Shown: one piece after another, positions 18,569 to 26,696 of the stretch
Numbering within the stretch: the stretch's first letter is position 1
Layout: each line of letters opens with the position of its first letter
Source: a virus
Virus record (IMG/VR): IMGVR_UViG_3300045988_176106
Strand: one strand, 5' to 3'
Length of the DNA stretch: 64,000 bases
Made by a program: the position numbers and the translations under genes
Notes under the pieces: generated by a model
What the model saw: only the letters and a program-made list of their open reading frames with translations
What the model was told of the DNA's origin: nothing
The model's database searches: none

Positions 18569-20224
18569 ATGGCAGAGATAGAATATGGAAGTTCAGGCAG
18601 TACTAGAGAATCAGTAATGGATTATTTTGATATCTACCTGCCATCTAGTCTTCTAGATCAGTTTGAAGACAGGGTTGATAACTCTTGGGCCCCTGTAAAC
18701 GGATTGACACCGTGGGAATCACCTTCCGGAAGGGATGCATTAAATAAATCTATATTGGCTATGGCATCCGGATTATTTGATAACGTTCCTACACCTAGAT
18801 ACCCAGATGAATGTGGATTCAAAAAATTTAAATTTGATAGAATTTATAAAAGTTATGATACTGAACAGTCTATATCAGATGGGGTAGATATAAATATATC
18901 TGGACAATCTTATTTTTCAAATGAATTAACAAACAGATTATTTAGACATAAATTTATGTCGCCACTTATAAAGGCGTCTAACCCTAGTGAATTAGAGTAC
19001 TATAATTCAGAGATTAACATTGGTGTGACATCAACAGTATTATCTTTATTAATAAATAATTATATAGTTAATAGTGGATCTACTTTTATCGGCAATAAGA
19101 ATTTTGTAAAAGCAGAAGAAAAAAGCAGAAAAGTTCTTGATGGTGGAACATCTAATAGAACAGTAATGATACCAATAATGATATCCAGAAATTTGAACTA
19201 TGGTGAAAATGCCCCAAATGGAATACAGATAGATGTAAATGCCTATAATACTATAGAGTTGGATCAGGATTTTTCTGAAGACCTAAACAAGCAGAAAATT
19301 TTTAATGGTGTAACATTTTTAGGGTATAAGAAGAAAATTACTGGTGTTTCAGTTGGCGGTGCACATTCATACAATAATGATAGCAACATTATAAACGCTA
19401 TAAGATACACAGTAGGTCAAAAATCATTTGCTGTTGCATCAACTGTTCATTGCGAGGGAAATAAGTATTCTGAACTCACATTGATTCCAAGCATTGAGAG
19501 AAATGCCAATTTGGCTTTATCAGGATTAAAATATGATAAGTTGCCAAAAATAAAAAGTCCAACCGAGTTTTTCGTATACATCAATAAAATATATGAGGAT
19601 GGAGGCAGCTACTATATAGATATATTTGTTCCAGATAAAACTATTAAAGTTTGGAATCAAGGGATAAATAATTATGAAGATAAAAATGTAAAGGATATTA
19701 AAATATCTAATATATCTAAAGCTTCAGCAATGATAAGTGTTAATGTATGGAACTATATAGATCCATTTTCGGGAGTTTCAGACGAAAAAAATTCTAATCC
19801 TAAAACGCCGATGTTCGAGGGTGTAGATAGTAGATCTTTACCTGGATTACTAAATAATAATAAAAATTTACACAATCTATTTATAAATAGTATAACAGGA
19901 ATGTCAACATATGGAGTGTCAAATCCAGTAGTTGTCGGATCAGCATTTTCAGATACATCTAATACATTTTGCGGATCATCAATCGTAAAAGATAAATTCT
20001 CAAAAGGCGCCTATATGGTTATTATAGTAGGTATACAATACAATCCATATCTTGAAGACGACTTTATAGGAAGCAAAGTTAAAAGTTCATTTATGTCATA
20101 TATAAATGAGTTTACCCCATCATCGTCTAGGTATGACGGAAGTCTTAGTCAAATTGCCGATATGTTTGGTGTAAGTATAAACTTTAGGCCAATAGGAGGC
20201 AAAACAGATGTATTTGAAGCTTGA
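18569..20224 (+). CDS. Hypothetical virion protein
   Basis: 551-aa ORF with AAGGA/AAGAG upstream of the ATG. No motif recognised. Confidence 0.8.
   Translation: MAEIEYGSSGSTRESVMDYFDIYLPSSLLDQFEDRVDNSWAPVNGLTPWESPSGRDALNKSILAMASGLFDNVPTPRYPDECGFKKFKFDRIYKSYDTEQSISDGVDINISGQSYFSNELTNRLFRHKFMSPLIKASNPSELEYYNSEINIGVTSTVLSLLINNYIVNSGSTFIGNKNFVKAEEKSRKVLDGGTSNRTVMIPIMISRNLNYGENAPNGIQIDVNAYNTIELDQDFSEDLNKQKIFNGVTFLGYKKKITGVSVGGAHSYNNDSNIINAIRYTVGQKSFAVASTVHCEGNKYSELTLIPSIERNANLALSGLKYDKLPKIKSPTEFFVYINKIYEDGGSYYIDIFVPDKTIKVWNQGINNYEDKNVKDIKISNISKASAMISVNVWNYIDPFSGVSDEKNSNPKTPMFEGVDSRSLPGLLNNNKNLHNLFINSITGMSTYGVSNPVVVGSAFSDTSNTFCGSSIVKDKFSKGAYMVIIVGIQYNPYLEDDFIGSKVKSSFMSYINEFTPSSSRYDGSLSQIADMFGVSINFRPIGGKTDVFEA
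20194..20199 (+). promoter_or_regulatory. Shine-Dalgarno site (AGGAGG) for the 20208 gene
   Basis: AGGAGG lies 8 nt upstream of the ATG at 20208, inside the 3' end of the upstream gene. Confidence 0.75.
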
Positions 20225-21506
20225 TGATAACCCAAAAAGTTCATTAAGATATCCTTCACTCTCATTAAACCTAAAGGTTGTATTTGATAATTACAGAGTT
20301 AGAACTTTTAAAAGTTTATATAATAATAAAACAAACACTATTAAAGAGAAAACATTTAAAACTCAATACAGGGTTAAATTTGGCGATACGACATATAAGT
20401 TTGTAGATATATATTATATAAATAAAAAACATGTATTCAGAACAAAATCATTCCTGTCAGAATATATATCGTATTCATTATCTGAAAAAAGGATAAGATA
20501 TAAATCTGGATATCGTTTTAGTGTTGCGAGTAAAAGAGAGCATACGCTTACATTTAGAAGTATATTTAAAGTTAAATTTGGACATGTTAAACGTACAATA
20601 AAATTTAAATCTAGATATAAAAATGATAATGTGAATGGTAGAGTTTATAGATTTAAATATTACGACTACTACAGTTATCAAAAAACTAAAAAATCTGAAT
20701 TTAAGTATATAGGAAGTTATATATCAACACATGTAAAAGATGCTCAATATAGGTTTACTTCTGAATACAGAAATGATGACTCATTCCTATTAAATATAAG
20801 CGAGGGATATACAGTAGATGCATCAGGCGGTAAAATAATAATAGATCCAGAAATCTTAAAGCTTAATATTGCAAAAGATAAGATACGTGTATTCTTTAAT
20901 ATGCCGCCATTATTTATAAACTACTGTTTTACTATGGATTCTCAATTTGCACCTATAGCAGTAGAAGATTCAAAATATGTTATAAATATATCAAACATAT
21001 TATCAAGAGCATCTGTAGATATATCAGATTTACTACCATATATCTCTTTATCTATATATAGACATAATACAGAAAAAGTAGATACAAGAGTTATAAGGGC
21101 GGGCAATATATTTGTATCTGAAAATGTGTACGACCATAATGTATTCTCAAATCTATTATATAAGCGAATAGATGTAAGAGACGAATCAATACATATAGGT
21201 AAATCTTCTATTGTTCCATCAGATTCTCAATTATGGAATATTAAAATCAGAAATAATGGAGAATGCTGTCTTAATAGAGTTATCAAAATTAAATCTGGTA
21301 AAGTATCTTGTTATATTCCTAATATTACTATTAGACATAATGTTAATAAGATGTATGAAGATACAACTCAGCAATCTGAATTTGTAGCTAATGGATTTAG
21401 ACGTATCCCTTCGACATATGTAAGTAAAATGAAAATTTCTGAAATTATGGAAAAAGCTAAAAAATCCAAACTTGACGAATGGACAAGACCAGAACGTGAA
21501 TTTTAG
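20208..21506 (+). CDS. Hypothetical protein with a very basic, aromatic-rich N-terminal half
   Basis: 432 aa. Residues about 15-190 are K/R/Y/F-rich with alternating beta-like patterns (FRSIFKVKFGHVKRTIKFKSRYKNDNVNGRVYRFKYYDYYSYQKTKKSEFKY). Confidence 0.8.
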   Translation: MYLKLDDNPKSSLRYPSLSLNLKVVFDNYRVRTFKSLYNNKTNTIKEKTFKTQYRVKFGDTTYKFVDIYYINKKHVFRTKSFLSEYISYSLSEKRIRYKSGYRFSVASKREHTLTFRSIFKVKFGHVKRTIKFKSRYKNDNVNGRVYRFKYYDYYSYQKTKKSEFKYIGSYISTHVKDAQYRFTSEYRNDDSFLLNISEGYTVDASGGKIIIDPEILKLNIAKDKIRVFFNMPPLFINYCFTMDSQFAPIAVEDSKYVINISNILSRASVDISDLLPYISLSIYRHNTEKVDTRVIRAGNIFVSENVYDHNVFSNLLYKRIDVRDESIHIGKSSIVPSDSQLWNIKIRNNGECCLNRVIKIKSGKVSCYIPNITIRHNVNKMYEDTTQQSEFVANGFRRIPSTYVSKMKISEIMEKAKKSKLDEWTRPEREF

Positions 21507-21517
21507 AGTGATATAAA

Positions 21518-23440
21518 ATGATTAAAGCACCAAATGGCGATATTTTAATTGATAAGAATATAACAGGAATTGAAAACCTGTTAGAACTTATAGTTGATGC
21601 AACAGGACTCCAAAAGGGAGATATAAGAATAGATGAATCTACTATTAGGGAAGTTTCTGAAAAAGACAGAAATACCGCTGTTGATGTTGAGATTACTAAA
21701 GGCGGCCACACAAATAGAGTGGTCGCCTATTATAATAGGGTATCACTAGCAGAAATAGGTAATGTCGAAGCAGAAAAAAATAACGCTGCCGTTTTAAATT
21801 ATATAGATGGAGAGAACGGCGACTTTAGTACAGCATTTAATGACAAAGCTATTAAGACTAAACTAAAGCAAACAGTGGCTGATAGAGTTAATATCCCTAG
21901 TGATGAAATAGTAGTTGAATCAATTGATTACAGCAAAAAATATGAAGGCTATACATCTGTAACATTTAAAATGAACGGAGATGATGCTAAAACTGTAAAG
22001 GATAATTTTACTGTTAAATCATGGTATGTTCCGCCAATATATACAATTAATGATGAAGATTTCGACAGGAAGCTTGGTACTCCAAATGATTTTTCAGACA
22101 GGGTATTTATAGAAGTAAAAAATGATAGAGATCTTTTATTGGATACGAGTAGACATGTGGCAAATGGACGTAGAAAAGCTAATAATCCATTATTTTTCCC
22201 TAAAGGCAATATAACAGATTTTGAATCGACAAATTACAGTTATGGGAATACTGATGATGAGCTTGTTGGGTACTTAGTTGATGCGTATCACACTAGAGAG
22301 ATACAGGATTCTGGTAATAATAAGTATGAGATAACCGAAGTCAAACAACTCGAAAATGGATTCTCTAAAGTATGGGTTGAAAATAAAAACAAAGACATAA
22401 TAGACCGTAATGGATTTTACAAAATAAGACAATTTGATCTTAATCGCCATGCACAATGGGCAATATTTAAAAATGAATTATCAGACACGGTAAAATATGT
22501 TCACGGAGTTATACAAGGATCCTGGAAATATAAAGAGTTTTATAGTGATGATAATAAAAGATATACTATATTTTATTCAACTAAGGAAGGATATTTGATA
22601 TATCCAATAGAAGACTTATTAAATAGCTTAGGCCTTAAATATGAAAGTCAATTAAGATATCTTAATCCCGATCCTAATGAAAGAGTAACACCACCTAGTG
22701 ACTTTAAAATCCCAGAACTCACAGACGATAAAAGAAAAGAGTTAGATAGATATTTTAAAATTAATAAAAAATATAAATCATTAGATATACAACTTTATGG
22801 CGAAGATAGTATTGGATTATTTAATCTTAAATATGGCCAAGTATTTAAATTTGAGAAAAAAGAAGTAGATAATAATTCTTATAATGAATCTGGGAGTCCT
22901 GCATATAAAATACGTGGAACTGCAAAAATACTACAGAGAGAATATGACTATAACCGCAATGACATCATAAATGATGAGAATAAAACGTATTATTCACACT
23001 CAAATTATGGAAGGATATATAAATATAACGGAGACGCTGTATATTTTGCAAAAATGACAGCAGGAACATCACATTCTGACGAAGAAATAAGAGAAGAAAA
23101 AGAACTCATAAAAAGAGAGATATTTAATAGGTACGGTTTGCCTTACAATAAGATAACTATAGATTGGGATAAAACTTTATCATCAAATTTCGATAAAATA
23201 TATTACAATGTAAAACAGGCTGTATCATGTAAAGAAACTTCCGAAAAATTAATACCTGTTTATAAACGTATAACTCCTGAATTCACAGGACGCCCAGCAA
23301 TAAGTGCTGACATAAGATATATAAATAGACAAGAATTAAAATATACAGTAAGTAATAAGTACCCTCTTGAAAGAGAAGTTCGTAAACTTCCAGAAGATAA
23401 AAACTCTGTAGAAGAATATTATTATTTCTCAGGCGGTTAG
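21518..23440 (+). CDS. Hypothetical virion protein (paralog-like with the 23443 gene; carries a recurring ~45-aa module)
   Basis: 640 aa. Modules include DKAIKTKLKQTVADRVNIPSDEIVVESIDYSKKYEGYTSVTFKMNG and EEKELIKREIFNRYGLPYNKITIDWDK. Confidence 0.8.
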   Translation: MIKAPNGDILIDKNITGIENLLELIVDATGLQKGDIRIDESTIREVSEKDRNTAVDVEITKGGHTNRVVAYYNRVSLAEIGNVEAEKNNAAVLNYIDGENGDFSTAFNDKAIKTKLKQTVADRVNIPSDEIVVESIDYSKKYEGYTSVTFKMNGDDAKTVKDNFTVKSWYVPPIYTINDEDFDRKLGTPNDFSDRVFIEVKNDRDLLLDTSRHVANGRRKANNPLFFPKGNITDFESTNYSYGNTDDELVGYLVDAYHTREIQDSGNNKYEITEVKQLENGFSKVWVENKNKDIIDRNGFYKIRQFDLNRHAQWAIFKNELSDTVKYVHGVIQGSWKYKEFYSDDNKRYTIFYSTKEGYLIYPIEDLLNSLGLKYESQLRYLNPDPNERVTPPSDFKIPELTDDKRKELDRYFKINKKYKSLDIQLYGEDSIGLFNLKYGQVFKFEKKEVDNNSYNESGSPAYKIRGTAKILQREYDYNRNDIINDENKTYYSHSNYGRIYKYNGDAVYFAKMTAGTSHSDEEIREEKELIKREIFNRYGLPYNKITIDWDKTLSSNFDKIYYNVKQAVSCKETSEKLIPVYKRITPEFTGRPAISADIRYINRQELKYTVSNKYPLEREVRKLPEDKNSVEEYYYFSGG

Positions 23441-23442
23441 AC

Positions 23443-24768
23443 ATGGAAACACTTTTAAGTAGAAATACTGATACTAAAAACAATCTAAAAAAACAGATTG
23501 CAGATATGAAAGCAGTTCCAGAATCATATATAGAAATATTAGGCATAGAAGAAGACAAAAATGGTGAATATGGATCAATTAATGTTAAATATTCGTATGC
23601 TGGCGAGGAACATACTGTATCTGTATTAAGATCAATTTTAAACACAATTTCTATATATAGTCCTTCAAGAGGAAGGACATATGACCAGGAATACAGTATA
23701 TTTTCTGATATGGATCTAAATAGTTGGACAAAAGATAAACATCTTAAACTTGTATGTGACCAGCTAGATATACCAAGTAGTGAGGTACACCTAGAAGATA
23801 TATCCATAAGTTTTAATTATTATAATGATATAGTAGTTGGTGCAATTATAGCCGCAAATGAAAATTCTCAATATACGTGCGGCGAATTATATACTAGAAC
23901 AGTATACTATGCTCAGAATTATATTAATGCATATACAGATAATATAAAAGAGTTATCACCAAAAACATTTAGGCATGATTATGTTGAGGAGTATATAAGA
24001 CTGTATAATGATTACCCTGGAGACATCCCATCTGATAAATTATTAGAGTTAGAAAATAAAAAAATACAAGAAGCTGGTAGAGAATCGTTTTTTGTAAAAA
24101 CTCCAGGATATACATATAATCTAATGGAAACATATTATAAGGATGATTTAGCTATACATACTGGAGCTATATTAGAAAAATATTTATTGGGGACACCTAG
24201 CGGCAGGAATATTTATAGCACAAGCATAGCATATTCATGGGGGGAATATAAATGGGGCGTAGAACACTGTCTTATTGCTGGATTAAGAACAGATGGTGGA
24301 AATGATAATATATTCGGAATGTTTTCTACAAGAAAATTTAATATTACAAGAGATTTGGTTCAGGTTATGCCAAAAAGAGGGTATATCAGAAATAGTACAA
24401 CAAACAAATCTATATATCTTTCAAAAAGTAATAACTCTAATTATTATATAGAATCTATAAAGCATATTGAGGGATCAAAGTTTAAGCTTAGATCAGACCC
24501 GCATTCTGGTACTGTTATATACTATTCTGGAATAAAGTTAAAAGATTCATATAACGATAATGAACTTGAGGAAGTTAGAAATTCTATTATAATGGGAATA
24601 GAAGACCAACTATATAATGTGTATAATCTTCCAAGATCAATTGTTAGACTTGTATTCACGAGTCAGATTAAACTTAAATATAATGATAGTGTATCATTAG
24701 ATGTAAGTTATAGTGATACAATGATGAAATCTGGAATATTTACTATTAAAATAGTATATGAGAAATAA
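23443..24768 (+). CDS. Hypothetical virion protein (shares modules with the 21518 gene)
   Basis: 441 aa. Modules include TKNNLKKQIADMKAVPESYIEILGIEEDKNGEYGSINVKYSYAG, DKHLKLVCDQLDIPSSEVHLEDISISF and ELEEVRNSIIMGIEDQLYNVYNLPRSIVRLVF. Confidence 0.8.
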   Translation: METLLSRNTDTKNNLKKQIADMKAVPESYIEILGIEEDKNGEYGSINVKYSYAGEEHTVSVLRSILNTISIYSPSRGRTYDQEYSIFSDMDLNSWTKDKHLKLVCDQLDIPSSEVHLEDISISFNYYNDIVVGAIIAANENSQYTCGELYTRTVYYAQNYINAYTDNIKELSPKTFRHDYVEEYIRLYNDYPGDIPSDKLLELENKKIQEAGRESFFVKTPGYTYNLMETYYKDDLAIHTGAILEKYLLGTPSGRNIYSTSIAYSWGEYKWGVEHCLIAGLRTDGGNDNIFGMFSTRKFNITRDLVQVMPKRGYIRNSTTNKSIYLSKSNNSNYYIESIKHIEGSKFKLRSDPHSGTVIYYSGIKLKDSYNDNELEEVRNSIIMGIEDQLYNVYNLPRSIVRLVFTSQIKLKYNDSVSLDVSYSDTMMKSGIFTIKIVYEK

Positions 24769-24770
24769 AA

Positions 24771-25442
24771 ATGAATAATAGAATGCTTATAAACTCTATA
24801 TCAATAGGATTTAAAGACGAGACAAAAACAACGCTTACAGGTGTTGTTTTTGATTTTGATCTTAATCCATTTTATGCATCAATAAGAGATATAGAAATAT
24901 CTTTTCCAACTGAAATATCATTTTCGGAGGATTTTATAGTTCGTTTAAATGAAATGATATTCAGAAAGTCTGTATGGATAAGTAATTACATAAAAAGAAA
25001 AAATCTCAAATTGACATACGAAGAGATATATGCGATATGTAGAGACTATGTTATATGTGCTATAGTTTCTGATGTTGCAAATCTTTTATATGGAACATCA
25101 TCTAAGAATGAATCAGTTAAAAAGATTCTTGGCGATTTTACTGTAGAAAGAACTAAATCATCTAATTCTGGTAATAATAATTCTAAGATAGCCGATGAGG
25201 CTAAGGAATGTGCCGAGTCTATATTAGCATTAATAGACGATATGTCCAGAGTTAAGGCTATGGGATTTGTAAAAGGTGAAAATAACTGTGGAAATAAATC
25301 TAGTAATAGATTATGGCATAGTCCTAAATTTCTTAGCAAAATGCCTATAGGGGCAAATAAGATATTAGAGTCTGACGGAAAACTATATAAGACTGGATAC
25401 GGATATGGCAACGAATCAGAGCCCCTTTATACAAGAAATTGA
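24771..25442 (+). CDS. Hypothetical protein (head-tail connector/neck candidate by position)
   Basis: 223-aa ORF between the orphan virion block and the neck/sheath genes. Confidence 0.7.
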   Translation: MNNRMLINSISIGFKDETKTTLTGVVFDFDLNPFYASIRDIEISFPTEISFSEDFIVRLNEMIFRKSVWISNYIKRKNLKLTYEEIYAICRDYVICAIVSDVANLLYGTSSKNESVKKILGDFTVERTKSSNSGNNNSKIADEAKECAESILALIDDMSRVKAMGFVKGENNCGNKSSNRLWHSPKFLSKMPIGANKILESDGKLYKTGYGYGNESEPLYTRN

Positions 25443-25926
25443 TCTAAGACATGAATTCCAGATGCTGTTTTCTGGAGGAGAGTTCGTAAAAAAGGGTGAG
25501 ACTTACATATATAGAAAAGTAAGAATCAAAGATGGCTCAAAAGAGAAATGTTCATGTTGGAATAATATATCAAATGAGGGCAGATCTGACTGTCCTCATT
25601 GTGATGGGATAGGATATCTATGGGATGATGTATTGCTTAAGGGTCATATGTGGATGCCTAGAAATACACTAATGCCGGGAGAAAACTCTTATAAATCTTA
25701 CGGAGGTAAGGCCGGCAGACTCAACAACTCTGAATGGTTATTGGCAACATCTTATTCTTTAGACTTTTCTGATAGAGATATAATATACCGCCCAGAAGTA
25801 GATGATAGTGGAAAAGTAATACTTCCAATAAAATCAAAAAAGACATATTATATAACATCTGTATATAGATATGGTTTCGATTTTGATAGGGAAGATTTTA
25901 CAGTCTTAGGGTTATCAGAAGTATGA
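25405..25926 (+). CDS. Neck/head-tail joining candidate with a DnaJ-type zinc-finger motif
   Basis: ATG at 25405 overlaps the upstream gene by 38 nt. CSCW-x11-CPHCDGIGY contains C-x-x-C-x-G-x-G. Confidence 0.7.
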   Translation: MATNQSPFIQEIDLRHEFQMLFSGGEFVKKGETYIYRKVRIKDGSKEKCSCWNNISNEGRSDCPHCDGIGYLWDDVLLKGHMWMPRNTLMPGENSYKSYGGKAGRLNNSEWLLATSYSLDFSDRDIIYRPEVDDSGKVILPIKSKKTYYITSVYRYGFDFDREDFTVLGLSEV

Positions 25927-26681
25927 CAATACAAGTAAACAATGAAAATGATTACGCACTAGATCGTCTCCATAGAATGTCTATTGATAATAGCTTTGTT
26001 GTTACAAACCCAGACGAAGTTTTAAAGAATTATAGGAAATTGACGATTGACAAATTCATAGTATTCCTGTATTCTTTACTAAGCAATAAAGAGATGATTT
26101 TAGAAAACCCTGAAAAGGGTATTGGGCCAAAAGATAGAAATAAATTCTCATTTACAGAGATTTATCCAGATTACGGCGATGTAACTAACACTCATAACAA
26201 TGTTACTTTTGAAATATGGAGCAGAGCTCCGGCAACATTAAAAGCTACAGCAGTATCAACAAATTCCACTAAATGGAATAAGCCAAGGACATTATTTGAA
26301 AAGAAAATGTCAGATGGAGATACATATGAGTTTAAAGAATTTATATATGAAAATATATTAAAATTTACAGTTTGGTCAGAAAAAGCAGATGATGCTAGAA
26401 GATTAGCAACATCATTAGAAAACTTTTTTGCCGATAATTATCATGTATTAAGGATGCATGTAGGCGGACTATATTATGAGGGCAGAAGCCCAACAATATT
26501 ATCCTCAGACTTTGGTTCAAAAAGATTATTCGGAATACCCTTGGTTTATAAAGTAATAACTGAGGAACCTGGATATACACGACGTGGAAATATAGTATCT
26601 ATCGATACTTCATTACAAATAGTTGACTCTTTATTAAACGAAGAGCTCGAAGAACTACAAAAAAGAATAAATAAAAATTAA
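25923..26681 (+). CDS. Tail terminator / tail completion protein candidate
   Basis: ATGA overlap; 252 aa, immediately upstream of the sheath gene. The call is by position only. Confidence 0.7.
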   Translation: MTIQVNNENDYALDRLHRMSIDNSFVVTNPDEVLKNYRKLTIDKFIVFLYSLLSNKEMILENPEKGIGPKDRNKFSFTEIYPDYGDVTNTHNNVTFEIWSRAPATLKATAVSTNSTKWNKPRTLFEKKMSDGDTYEFKEFIYENILKFTVWSEKADDARRLATSLENFFADNYHVLRMHVGGLYYEGRSPTILSSDFGSKRLFGIPLVYKVITEEPGYTRRGNIVSIDTSLQIVDSLLNEELEELQKRINKN

Positions 26682-26696
26682 TGGAGCATAATATTT

